From Cupriavidus necator (GTDB lineage Bacteria > Pseudomonadota > Gammaproteobacteria > Burkholderiales > Burkholderiaceae): DNA of 32,000 nt. Within the stretch, counting starts at the first letter, position 1; every line of letters starts with the position of its first letter. The DNA lies in contig NZ_CP066018.1 in the NCBI RefSeq assembly GCF_016127575.1, forward strand, positions 2,010,001 to 2,042,000, written 5' to 3'. The notes under the pieces were generated by a model that worked only from the letters and a program-made list of their open reading frames with translations, had not been told where the DNA came from and made no database searches. Positions 1 to 8,304 of the stretch are shown here, one piece after another. A program made the position numbers and the translations under genes.

Positions 1-26
1 CCATTCAGAAATCAGGAGACGGTGCT

Positions 27-1709
27 ATGGAAAGAATTTGGCTGAAACACTACCCGGCCGGCGTTCCCGCCGAGATCGATGCCAGCCAGTTCCGCTCGCT
101 TGCCGCGCTGCTCGAGGCATCTTTCCGCACCTATGCCGACCGCAAGGCCTTCATCTGCATGGACAAGGCCATCACCTACGGCGAACTGGACCAGCTCTCG
201 ACGCACTTTGCCGCCTGGCTGCAGTCGCGCGGGCTGCGTCCCGGCGCACGCGTGGCGATCATGATGCCGAACGTGCTGCAGTACCCGGTGGTGCTGGCGG
301 CGGTGCTGCGCGCGGGCTTCGTGGTGGTCAACGTCAACCCGCTCTACACCCCGCGCGAGCTCGAGCACCAGCTCAAGGACAGCGGCGCCGAGGCCATCGT
401 GATCCTGGAGAACTTTGCCTCCACGCTGCAGCAGGTGCTGGCCAAGACCCCGGTCAAGCACGTGGTGGTGGCCAGCATGGGTGACATGCTGGGCGGGCTG
501 AAGGGAGCGATCGTCAATTTCGTGGTGCGCAACGTCAAGAAGATGGTGCCGGCATGGGAGCTGCCCACCTGCGTGCGCTTCAACAGCGTGCTGGCCGAAG
601 GCCGCAAGCTGACGCTGCAGCCGGCCACCACGGGGCCGGATGACATCGCCTTCCTGCAGTACACGGGCGGCACTACCGGCATCTCCAAGGGTGCGGTGCT
701 GCTGCACCGTAACGTGGTGGCCAACGTGCTGCAGTCCGAGGCGTGGATGCAGCCGGCGCTGAACAAGGGCGCACACATCGACCAGCCCATCACCATCACC
801 GCGCTGCCGCTGTACCACATCTTCGCGCTGACGGTCTGCTGCCTGCTGGGCATGCGCAGCGGCGGCACCAGCGTGCTGATCCCGAATCCGCGCGACATCC
901 CGGGCTTCATCAAGGAACTGCAGAAGTACAAGTTCAACATGTTCCCGGCCGTCAACACGCTGTACAACGCACTGATCAACAATCCGGAAATCAGCAAGGT
1001 CGATTTCTCCGGCCTGCGCGTGGCCAACGGCGGCGGCATGGCGGTGCAGGAGGCGGTGGCCAAGCAGTGGCTGGCCAAGACCGGCTGCCCGATCATCGAA
1101 GGCTACGGCCTGTCCGAGACTTCGCCCTCGGCCACCTGCAACCCGACCGACACCGACGCATTCTCCGGCACCATCGGCATGCCGCTGCCGTCGACCGAAG
1201 TGGTGATCCGCGACGATGACGGCAAGGACGTGCCGCTCGGCCAGCCGGGCGAAATCTGCATCCGCGGCCCGCAGGTGATGGCCGGCTACTGGAACCGCCC
1301 GGACGAGACCGCCAAGGTCATGACCCCGGACGGCTTCTTCAAGACCGGCGACATCGGCGTGATGGACGAGCGTGGCTACACCAAGATCGTCGACCGCAAG
1401 AAGGACATGATCCTGGTGTCGGGCTTCAACGTGTATCCGAACGAGGTCGAAGGCGTGGTGGCCGAGTGCCCGGGCGTGCTGGAAGTGGCGGCCGTGGGCG
1501 TGCCCGACACGCACTCGGGCGAGGTCGTCAAGCTGTTCGTGGTGAAGAAGGATCCGGGGCTGACCGAGGCCGATGTGATCGAGTTCTGCAAGGAGCGCCT
1601 GACCGGCTACAAGCGGCCCAAGTACGTCGAGTTCCGCACCGAACTGCCCAAGACCAACGTCGGCAAGATCCTGCGCCGCGAACTGCGCGACAGCCGCAAG
1701 GCCGCCTGA
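27..1709 (+). CDS. fadD: Long-chain-fatty-acid--CoA ligase (AMP-forming acyl-CoA synthetase)
   Basis: 560-aa ORF with AMP-binding signatures 'LQYTGGTTGISKGAVL', 'GYGLSETSP' and C-terminal 'GKILRRELR'. AGGAG SD at 14-18, 8 nt before the ATG. Strong GC3 bias. Confidence 0.9.
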   Translation: MERIWLKHYPAGVPAEIDASQFRSLAALLEASFRTYADRKAFICMDKAITYGELDQLSTHFAAWLQSRGLRPGARVAIMMPNVLQYPVVLAAVLRAGFVVVNVNPLYTPRELEHQLKDSGAEAIVILENFASTLQQVLAKTPVKHVVVASMGDMLGGLKGAIVNFVVRNVKKMVPAWELPTCVRFNSVLAEGRKLTLQPATTGPDDIAFLQYTGGTTGISKGAVLLHRNVVANVLQSEAWMQPALNKGAHIDQPITITALPLYHIFALTVCCLLGMRSGGTSVLIPNPRDIPGFIKELQKYKFNMFPAVNTLYNALINNPEISKVDFSGLRVANGGGMAVQEAVAKQWLAKTGCPIIEGYGLSETSPSATCNPTDTDAFSGTIGMPLPSTEVVIRDDDGKDVPLGQPGEICIRGPQVMAGYWNRPDETAKVMTPDGFFKTGDIGVMDERGYTKIVDRKKDMILVSGFNVYPNEVEGVVAECPGVLEVAAVGVPDTHSGEVVKLFVVKKDPGLTEADVIEFCKERLTGYKRPKYVEFRTELPKTNVGKILRRELRDSRKAA

Positions 1710-1728
1710 GCGGCAGCCGCTGCCAACG

Positions 1729-1762
1729 ACAACGGCCTCCCGAGTGGAGGCCGTTGTGCTTT
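1729..1762 (+). terminator. Hairpin downstream of fadD (12-bp stem ACAACGGCCTCC/GGAGGCCGTTGT, loop CGAGT) with a short T-tract
   Basis: Arms at 1729-1740 and 1746-1757, followed by GCTTTC. It lies between the convergent fadD and lipoprotein genes. Confidence 0.45.
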
Positions 1763-1781
1763 CAGGCTGCGCCGCGGCGGC

Positions 1782-2228
1782 TCAGCACTCGTTCGATGGC
1801 GCCAGGCGGGCTTCCTGGCTGCCGTCGGGGTAGATCACCCGCACGCACGCGCCTGGCTCCAGCCCCGGCGCCGCCGGCGCGTTGGCCGCCACGATCGTGC
1901 CGTCCATGGTTCGCACCTTGTACTGGAACAGGTCCACCTGCTGCACCGGCGCGGGCTTGTTGAACAGCCGGCTCAGGTCGAAGGCAAAGCCCACGCCCAC
2001 GCCGCCACCCCCGCCGCCACCCGCGGCACCCACGCCGACGCTGGTGCCGCCGCCGTAGTACGGGGGCACCTGGGCCACGTCCAGGCGGGTCAGGAACGTC
2101 TTCTCGGTGACGCGGCCAAGCTTGATGGTGGCGTTCACCGGCGTGACCTGCGGCGGCTGCGGCGTGCTGCTGCAGGCAGCCAGCACCGGCAGCAGGCCGC
2201 ACAGGACAAGATAGGGCCGGGTCTTCAT
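1782..2228 (-). CDS. Outer-membrane lipoprotein with glycine-zipper, SlyB/Pcp-like
   Basis: 148 aa. The signal peptide ends in the lipobox 'LAAC' (Cys19, followed by Ser). A central glycine-zipper 'GGGTSVGVGAAGGGGGGGVGVG' is encoded at ~1980-2054. The C-terminal beta-rich part resembles the SlyB tail in pattern, recalled from memory and not aligned. The start ATG overlaps the stop of the upstream MarR gene. Confidence 0.65.
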   Translation of the reverse strand: MKTRPYLVLCGLLPVLAACSSTPQPPQVTPVNATIKLGRVTEKTFLTRLDVAQVPPYYGGGTSVGVGAAGGGGGGGVGVGFAFDLSRLFNKPAPVQQVDLFQYKVRTMDGTIVAANAPAAPGLEPGACVRVIYPDGSQEARLAPSNEC

Positions 2229-2728
2229 GGCGAGATCAGGCCGGTCTTGAGCCGGCCAAGCAGTCGGAACAGGGCGCGCCGGTCGGTCTCGGCCAGGCCC
2301 GAGAACAGTTGCCCGATCCAGTCCTCATGCGCGCGCGCCATGCGCGAGAACGCGGCGCGCCCGGCCGGGGTCAGGCGGATCAGGTAGGCACGGCGGTCAG
2401 TGGGCAGGGCCTCGCGTGAGACCAGGCCTTCCTGCTGCAGCTGGTCGGTGATGCCGGTGACGTTGCCGCCGGTCACCATCATGCGGCGCGACAGCTCGCC
2501 CATCTTCAGGCCTTCCGGATGGCGGTCGAGCTGTGCCATCAGGTCGAAGCGCGGCAGCGTGCAGGCAAAATCCTGGCGCAGCCGCGAACGGATATCGCCC
2601 TCGATCAGGGTGGTGCAGGTCAACAGCCGCAACCACAGCCGCAGGGCTTCGTGCTCGGTCTGGTCGGCACGGGTTTCAAGGTCGACCGGCGCGCTGTCGG
2701 CGCCGGCGGCAGGGGATGGGTTTGGCAT
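2225..2728 (-). CDS. MarR-family transcriptional regulator
   Basis: Winged-HTH MarR pattern 'LPRFDLMAQLDRHPEGLKMGELSRRMMVTGGNVTGITDQLQQEGLVSREALPTDRRAYLIRLTPAGR'. I prefer the internal ATG at 2728 (167 aa, typical MarR size). The ORF stays open to 2851, but that extension is Ala/Arg-rich filler. The stop TGA overlaps the lipoprotein ATG (ATGA at 2228-2225). Confidence 0.85.
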   Translation of the reverse strand: MPNPSPAAGADSAPVDLETRADQTEHEALRLWLRLLTCTTLIEGDIRSRLRQDFACTLPRFDLMAQLDRHPEGLKMGELSRRMMVTGGNVTGITDQLQQEGLVSREALPTDRRAYLIRLTPAGRAAFSRMARAHEDWIGQLFSGLAETDRRALFRLLGRLKTGLISP

Positions 2729-2858
2729 CTTCAGTGCATCGGTGCGCAGGTGTGCGGCCGCGGCCGCCAGGGGCCGCCCACGGGGCGGGCAGCCGACATT
2801 TGATGCCTCAAGTATATGCGCGATACGCGCCGCCGCCCTGCCGGCGATCAAATCGGCG

Positions 2859-3860
2859 TCAATCCACCTTGGCGCCGGAATCCTTGACCACCTTGGCCCA
2901 CTTGGCGGTCTCGGCGCGGATGAACGCGGCGAACTGCTCCGGCGTGTTGCCGACAGGCTCGGCGCCCTGCGCCTGCAGGCGTTCGCGCACGGCCGGGGCG
3001 TTCAGCGCCTTGGCCACTTCCTGCTGGATGCGGTGGATGACGTCCGGCGGCGTGCCGGCCGGCGCCAGCATGCCGAACCAGGAGCTGGCTTCATACTGAG
3101 GCAGGCCCGCAGCCTGGGCAATGGTTGGCACGCCCGGCAGCGCCGGCGAGGGCCTGGCGCTGGTCACCGCCAGCGCCTTGAGCTTGCCGCTCTTGATCAG
3201 CGCCATCGACGACGGCAGGTTGTCGAACATCACCTGCATGGTGCCCCCGGCCAGGTCCGTCAGCGCCGGCCCGCTGCCCTTGTACGGGAAGTGGACCATG
3301 AAGGTCCGGGTCTGCGTCTTGAACAACTCCCCGGCCAGGTGGATCGAGGTGCCGTTGCCACTGGAGGCCATGTTGATCTTGCCGGGATTGGCGCGCGCGT
3401 AAGTGATCAGGTCCTTGACGCTGTCGATCTTGTTCTGCTGCGCAAACACCGGGTTCAGCACCAGCACGTTGGGCACGGCCGCCACCTCGGTGATCGGGGC
3501 GAAGTCCTTGATCGGATCGAACGGCAGCTTGCCGTACAGCGACTGGTTGATGCCATGGGTGCCCACGGTGCCCATCAGCAGCGTGTAGCCGTCCGGAGCG
3601 GCCTTGGCGACGATGTCCGCGCCGATATTGCCGCCGGCACCGGGTTTGTTGTCGACCACCACGTTCCAGCCCGGCAGCCTGGCCAGCTCTGCGGCCACGG
3701 CGCGGGCCAGGATGTCGGTGGTGCCGCCGGCGGCAAAGGGCACCACCAGCCGGATCGGCTTGGCCGGGTACGGGTCTGCGGCCAGCGCCGACTGGCTGGC
3801 GAGCGCGGCAAGGCTGGCGGACAGCAGCAGCGCAACGACGCGCCGGCGAGTGGGTTGCAT
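2859..3860 (-). CDS. Bug/TctC-family tripartite tricarboxylate transporter substrate-binding protein (periplasmic)
   Basis: 333 aa. Signal peptide '[27 protein letters not shown]' followed by the family hallmark '[23 protein letters not shown]'. AGGAG SD 7 nt upstream of the ATG. No tctA/tctB membrane partners are adjacent. Confidence 0.9.
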   Translation of the reverse strand: MQPTRRRVVALLLSASLAALASQSALAADPYPAKPIRLVVPFAAGGTTDILARAVAAELARLPGWNVVVDNKPGAGGNIGADIVAKAAPDGYTLLMGTVGTHGINQSLYGKLPFDPIKDFAPITEVAAVPNVLVLNPVFAQQNKIDSVKDLITYARANPGKINMASSGNGTSIHLAGELFKTQTRTFMVHFPYKGSGPALTDLAGGTMQVMFDNLPSSMALIKSGKLKALAVTSARPSPALPGVPTIAQAAGLPQYEASSWFGMLAPAGTPPDVIHRIQQEVAKALNAPAVRERLQAQGAEPVGNTPEQFAAFIRAETAKWAKVVKDSGAKVD

Positions 3861-3982
3861 GGGTGGTCTCCTGGTGTGGCCCGCTCTCGGTACCTGGGGG
3901 GCTATGGTCAGTGCATTCTAGTCGGCGCCCGCAGTGGCGCCGATGAGGTGATGCCCTATGGGGCTGCAGCGCCGCGCCAATG

Positions 3983-4006
3983 AAAAAAGGCACCCGAAGG
4001 TGCCTT
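3983..4006 (-). terminator. Rho-independent terminator of the porin gene
   Basis: The minus strand reads AAGGCACC-TTCG-GGTGCCTTTTTT: an 8-bp stem, a UUCG tetraloop and a T6 run, 26 nt after the porin stop. Confidence 0.8.
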
Positions 4007-4031
4007 TCAAGCTCAGCCTTGCGACTGGCGA

Positions 4032-5171
4032 TCAGAACTTGTGGCGGATGCCGATGGCGGCGCCAATCATCTTGTCTTCGCCGGTACCCAGGAAGTAACC
4101 ATTGGCGAAGCTGATCGCCGAGGTGTCGAAGTTCAGGCCGGCGTTCTTCGAGAAGGCCGTGGTCAGGTACACGTCGGTGCGCTTGGACAGGTTGTAGTCG
4201 GCCACGAACGAAATCTGCCAGGGGTTCTTGATGTTGTTGGTGGTGTTGACGGTGGCGGCGGCCGGGTTGAAGTTCTTGACGTCGTCGTAGTAGTACGCGA
4301 GCGTCAGGCCCAGTGCCGGCGTGACCTGGTAGTTGGCGCCGACCCAGTAGTAGTTGTCCTTCAGGATCGTATTGTCGTTCACATGCTTGCTCATGCCCCA
4401 GCGATAGCCAGCCATCAGCTTGGCCGGACCGAAGGCATAGCTGGCAGCGACCGCGGCTTTCTTGAATTCGCCGGTGCCGCCGGCGGCGTTCAGGGTCGGG
4501 TTGTACTGGTCATAGGCGCCGCTGATGCCGAACGGGCCGGCTGACCACGACACGCCGGCACCGTAGCCGGTGTCGCGGCGGAACTGGCCGGCGACTTCGC
4601 CACCGCCGGCAACGCCGTTACCGAACGACCAGTGCGCGACCGCGGTCACCGGGCCGAACTTGCCGGTGTACTTGGCGGTGTTGTCCGAACGGAAGTTCAG
4701 GCCCAGTTGAGCGACCACCGGCTCGTACTGGGTGGCATAGCCGGTCGGCGAAAAATTGGCCATCATGTCAAACAGCGAGGTGTACTGGCGACCGAAGGTC
4801 ACGCGGCCCACCTGGGCGCTTTCCAGGCCGACATAAGCCTGACGACCGAACAGGCGGCCGCCTTGCTGCGAGCGCCCGTCGTCCAGGCCGAAACCGCTTT
4901 CCATCACGAACAGTGCCTTCAGGCCGCTGCCCAGGTCTTCCACGCCACGCAGGCCCCAACGCGAACCGGACAGGCCGCCGGACGACATGCGGAAGAGGTT
5001 CTCCGACGGGCCGGTCGCAAATCCGTTGGCCGCCGACGGCGTGACGCTCGACATATTGCTCACGTACTCGATGTTGGCATCCACCACACCGTAGAGCGTG
5101 ACGCTCGATTGGGCCTGCGCCGCCCCAGCAAATGCGCCAAGCGCTGCCAGCGCCAGAAGCGATTTCTTCAT
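4032..5171 (-). CDS. Gram-negative general porin (OmpC/Omp32-like, 16-strand trimeric porin family)
   Basis: 379 aa. Signal peptide 'MKKSLLALAALGAFAGAAQA', N-terminal 'SSVTLYGVVDANIEY', alternating beta-strand pattern and C-terminal Phe ('IRHKF'). GGAGA SD. Strong terminator downstream. Confidence 0.9.
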   Translation of the reverse strand: MKKSLLALAALGAFAGAAQAQSSVTLYGVVDANIEYVSNMSSVTPSAANGFATGPSENLFRMSSGGLSGSRWGLRGVEDLGSGLKALFVMESGFGLDDGRSQQGGRLFGRQAYVGLESAQVGRVTFGRQYTSLFDMMANFSPTGYATQYEPVVAQLGLNFRSDNTAKYTGKFGPVTAVAHWSFGNGVAGGGEVAGQFRRDTGYGAGVSWSAGPFGISGAYDQYNPTLNAAGGTGEFKKAAVAASYAFGPAKLMAGYRWGMSKHVNDNTILKDNYYWVGANYQVTPALGLTLAYYYDDVKNFNPAAATVNTTNNIKNPWQISFVADYNLSKRTDVYLTTAFSKNAGLNFDTSAISFANGYFLGTGEDKMIGAAIGIRHKF

Positions 5172-5382
5172 GCTCGTTGATCTCCACTGTAAGAATTATT
5201 GGTGACGGCCCGGGAGAACCTCCTGTTGGTCTCCATCCCCCGTGCGTCAAACTTCCTGGGAAGTTGCGAAGTACTGTAACAAACAACCCTTAATTCACTA
5301 CTCAGGCCAATCCCCCTTGTCTTCTTTTAACAACTCAGGGTTTCTGAGTAGCCGGGCGCATCAATGCAAGGCGGGATGCGGG

Positions 5383-5410
5383 TTGGCGCCGATTAGAGGC
5401 AAGCTACAAT
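5383..5410 (+). promoter_or_regulatory. Candidate coq7 promoter TTGGCG-16 nt-TACAAT
   Basis: Hexamers at 5383-5388 and 5405-5410, ~100 nt upstream of the coq7 ATG. Confidence 0.35.
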
Positions 5411-5509
5411 GCGGGTAATCCCGATGGCCCCCTGTGCGTACCGCAGCCGCAGCTGCGCACCCCACGATCGCAGGGACTGCCGGGAACGAAGACCAACTGC
5501 CTCTGCGAC

Positions 5510-6133
5510 ATGGACACCCTGATCAAAGAATTCGACGTGGCATTGCGCGCCATTGCCGGCGCCACGCGCACCGCGCGCGCCAACCCGGCTGACCGGCTGG
5601 CGCCGGACACCGAACAGATGAGCGCCGATGAACGCCGCCACGTGGCCGGGCTGATGCGCATCAACCATGTCGGCGAGGTCTGCGCGCAGGCCCTGTACCA
5701 GGCCCAGAAGCTCACCGCGCGCGACGGCGCGGTGCGCGCGCAGATGGATGCCGCCGCGCGCGAAGAGGAAGACCACCTGGCCTGGTGCGCCGAGCGCCTG
5801 CGCGAGCTGGGCTCGCGCCCGAGCCTGCTCAACCCGCTGTGGTACGCCGGCGCCTTCGCCATCGGCTGGATGGCCGGCCGCGCCGGCGACCGCGTCAGCC
5901 TGGGCTTCGTCGCCGAGACCGAGCGCCAGGTCGAGCACCACCTGGGCGGGCACCTGGACCGCCTGCCCGAGGCCGACGGCCGCTCGCGCGCCATCCTCGA
6001 GCAGATGCGCGACGACGAGATCCGCCACGGCAACGCCGCGCGCGATGCCGGCGGGATCCCGTTACCTGCCCCGGTGCGGGCGCTGATGCGCGGCGCCTCG
6101 CGCGTGATGACCACCGCCGCCTACCGGATCTGA
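5510..6133 (+). CDS. coq7: Demethoxyubiquinone hydroxylase (2-nonaprenyl-3-methyl-6-methoxy-1,4-benzoquinol hydroxylase), COQ7 family di-iron protein
   Basis: 207 aa with '[24 protein letters not shown]' and duplicated E-x-x-H di-iron motifs ('EEEDHLAW', 'DDEIRHGN'). C-terminal 'TTAAYRI' is typical of bacterial Coq7. Confidence 0.9.
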   Translation: MDTLIKEFDVALRAIAGATRTARANPADRLAPDTEQMSADERRHVAGLMRINHVGEVCAQALYQAQKLTARDGAVRAQMDAAAREEEDHLAWCAERLRELGSRPSLLNPLWYAGAFAIGWMAGRAGDRVSLGFVAETERQVEHHLGGHLDRLPEADGRSRAILEQMRDDEIRHGNAARDAGGIPLPAPVRALMRGASRVMTTAAYRI

Positions 6134-6390
6134 GCCGGCCCTGCCTGCCCCCCCGCCGGCCCTGATTCCGGCGGGGCTGGCGGGCAATTGTTGTATCCTT
6201 TCTTCGCGCGACGGGGCAGGTCTTTCCCGTGCCGCCGGCAGTTCCTCCGCAAGTGGTTCTCAGGTGGTTTCTCGGCTTTCCTCCCTAAGATCTTCATTTC
6301 ATTAAGGATTCACTTTTTCGGTGCGTGAGGTGTGCGCGCTAAGTCATTGTTCTTATTCAAAAAAACTCGTTTGCTGCCCTGCAACCAGCC

Positions 6391-6419
6391 TTGACCCGCC
6401 ATATCGCTTCCTCTAAAGT
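6391..6419 (+). promoter_or_regulatory. Candidate sigma70 promoter of the dcw operon (Pmra): TTGACC-17 nt-TAAAGT
   Basis: -35 TTGACC at 6391-6396, a 17-nt spacer at 6397-6413, and -10 TAAAGT at 6414-6419. An unusually AT-rich stretch (~6290-6370) precedes it. It lies ~135 nt upstream of mraZ. Confidence 0.55.
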
Positions 6420-6452
6420 GGGAAATAGTGTGAGGAAGTGTATTTTTGTGTG
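6418..6452 (+). promoter_or_regulatory. Putative MraZ operator: four GTG-boxes at an exact 10-bp period
   Basis: GTGGG at 6418, GTGTG at 6428, GTGTA at 6438 and GTGTG at 6448, each separated by an A/T-rich pentamer. The array starts inside the -10 hexamer. One more GTGGG lies at 6469-6473. Confidence 0.55.
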
Positions 6453-6552
6453 AAATTGGGCCCCGACCGTGGGATGATGTCGCCATAGTCGGAACAGAAG
6501 GGATTCACGCGCATGCTGGCCGACAACCGGCCGGCATGGACCGGGAGCAAGC

Positions 6553-6981
6553 TTGTTTCAGGGAGCATCGGCACTCTCGCTGGATGCCAAGGGACGGATG
6601 TCCATTCCGTCCCGGCACCGCGAGGCGCTGCAACAGCAGGCCGAGGGCCGGGTGACGCTGACCAAGCACCCGGATGGCTGCCTGTTGCTGTTTCCCCGGC
6701 CCGAGTGGGAAACCTTCCGCACGCGCATTGCAGCGCTGCCGATGGATGCGCACTGGTGGAAGCGCATCTTCCTGGGCAACGCCGCCGACGTGGAAATGGA
6801 CGGCGCGGGCCGGGTGCTGATCGCCCCGGAGTTGCGCAGTGCCGCCATGCTCGACAAAGAAGTCATGCTGCTCGGCATGGGCAGCCATTTCGAAGTGTGG
6901 GATGCCGCGACCTACGCCGCCAAGGAACAGCAGGCGATGGCGCAGGGCATGCCCGAAGCATTGAAGAATTTCTCTTTCTGA
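6553..6981 (+). CDS. mraZ: Division/cell-wall cluster transcriptional regulator MraZ
   Basis: 142 aa. '[26 protein letters not shown]' aligns from residue 1 with the enterobacterial MraZ N-terminus, and there are two SpoVT/AbrB-like repeats. The start codon is TTG at 6553, with GGGAG SD at 6543-6547. Confidence 0.93.
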   Translation: MFQGASALSLDAKGRMSIPSRHREALQQQAEGRVTLTKHPDGCLLLFPRPEWETFRTRIAALPMDAHWWKRIFLGNAADVEMDGAGRVLIAPELRSAAMLDKEVMLLGMGSHFEVWDAATYAAKEQQAMAQGMPEALKNFSF

Positions 6982-6988
6982 CGAGGTC

Positions 6989-7990
6989 ATGAGTCCAACC
7001 GGAACGCCGGCAACCCCCGCCCTGCGCCATCGCACCGTGCTGCTGGACGAGGCCGTCGACGCCTTGGTCTGGCGGCCCGACGGGGTCTACGTCGACGGCA
7101 CCTTCGGCAGGGGAGGGCACAGCCGGGCGGTGCTGGCCCGGCTGGGGCCAGACGGGGCCCTGGTTGCGTTCGACAAGGACCCAGCAGCAATCGCAGAAGC
7201 GGGCACCATCAAGGATGCCCGCTTCTCCATTGAGCACGCGAGCTTTGCGGCCATGGCCGAGCGCCTGTCGGGGCGCGGCCACGTCGCCGGCGTGCTGCTC
7301 GACCTGGGGATCAGCTCGCCCCAGATCGACGAGGCGGCGAGGGGGTTTTCCTTTCGTTTCGAGGGCCCGCTGGACATGCGCATGGACACCACGCGCGGCA
7401 TCACTGCCGCGCAGTGGCTGGCGCAGGCGGATGAGCAGGACATTGCCAGGGTGATACGAGACTATGGGGAAGAACGGTTTGCTGTACAGATTGCAAAGGC
7501 GATTGTTGCTCGCCGGAGCGAACCCGGCGATGGCGGACCCATCGCCACTACTGCCGACCTTGCCGCGCTCGTGGCGAAAGCCGTCAAAACACGCGAGAAG
7601 GGTCAGGACCCTGCGACCCGCACCTTTCAGGCTCTACGGATTCACGTCAATCAAGAGCTTGAGGACCTCGAAAGAGGGCTGAAGGCGGCGTATGAACTGC
7701 TGCAGGTCGGAGGGCGCCTGGTGGTGATCAGCTTCCACTCGCTGGAGGACCGCATCGTCAAGCGGTTCATGGCGGCGCACGCCCGTCCCCAGCAGGATGC
7801 CGACCCGGCGCTGCGGCGCGCGCCGCTGCGCGCGGCCGACCTGCCGCAACCGACGCTGCGCCTGCTCGGCCGCTACAAGCCGGGCCCTGAAGAGGTGGCC
7901 GCCAACCCGCGCGCGCGCTCGGCCGTGATGCGCGTGGCCGAGAAGCTGGCCCCTGCCGCGACCACTGCCGGCGGAGGCGCACGCGCATGA
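6989..7990 (+). CDS. rsmH: 16S rRNA (cytosine1402-N4)-methyltransferase RsmH (MraW)
   Basis: 333 aa. '[13 protein letters not shown]...[10 protein letters not shown]' SAM-binding motif and '[12 protein letters not shown]'. GAGG SD. Confidence 0.95.
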   Translation: MSPTGTPATPALRHRTVLLDEAVDALVWRPDGVYVDGTFGRGGHSRAVLARLGPDGALVAFDKDPAAIAEAGTIKDARFSIEHASFAAMAERLSGRGHVAGVLLDLGISSPQIDEAARGFSFRFEGPLDMRMDTTRGITAAQWLAQADEQDIARVIRDYGEERFAVQIAKAIVARRSEPGDGGPIATTADLAALVAKAVKTREKGQDPATRTFQALRIHVNQELEDLERGLKAAYELLQVGGRLVVISFHSLEDRIVKRFMAAHARPQQDADPALRRAPLRAADLPQPTLRLLGRYKPGPEEVAANPRARSAVMRVAEKLAPAATTAGGGARA

Positions 7991-8304
7991 ACCGCCTGAC
8001 CTTCTTCCTGCTGGCCGCGCTGATCCTGTGCGCGCTGTCGCTGGTGAGCGCGCAGCACCAGGCGCGCACGCTGTTCGTCGCGCTGGAGCGGGCCCAGGCT
8101 GAAGAGAAGCAGCTCGATATCGACTGGTCGCGCCTGCAGTACCAGCAGAGCGCGCTGGGCAAGAGCGCGCGCATCGCCGACGCGGCGCGCGCGCAGCTGA
8201 AGATGGCGCCGGTCAACCCCGGCAAGACCCAGTATCTGTCCGGCATCGTGCTGCCGCCGCCTGCCGAGGCGGCGTCGGCCAGTGCCGCGGAGGCGCGCCG
8301 ATGA
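7987..8304 (+). CDS. ftsL: Cell division protein FtsL
   Basis: 105 aa bitopic protein: one TM segment ('[17 protein letters not shown]') followed by a coiled-coil region. Conserved position between rsmH and ftsI. ATGA overlap with rsmH. Confidence 0.85.
   Translation: MNRLTFFLLAALILCALSLVSAQHQARTLFVALERAQAEEKQLDIDWSRLQYQQSALGKSARIADAARAQLKMAPVNPGKTQYLSGIVLPPPAEAASASAAEARR

Noticed and set aside
1980-2054. Gly-codon run in the lipoprotein gene, considered as a slippage-prone phase-variation tract
   Set aside because: The codons are mixed (GGC/GGT/GGG interspersed with GTG/GCG), not a homopolymer or a perfect short tandem repeat. It simply encodes the glycine zipper.
2729-2851. 5'-extended versions of real genes offered by the ORF track (MarR to 2851, murD from 14249, ftsW from 15727, ftsA from 21278, prx from 24511, murE from 10088, ftsZ from 22916)
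   Set aside because: The extensions overlap the preceding gene or add non-conserved Arg/Ala/Pro-rich peptides. Internal starts give the canonical N-termini, SD sequences and/or ATGA coupling. For murE and ftsZ the alternatives remain possible.
5483-5506. ECF-sigma-like GGAAC ... TCTGC pair just upstream of coq7
   Set aside because: The spacing of ~14 nt is short for an RpoE-type promoter, and it would place the TSS on top of the ATG with no leader. The TTGGCG/TACAAT pair further upstream is more plausible.
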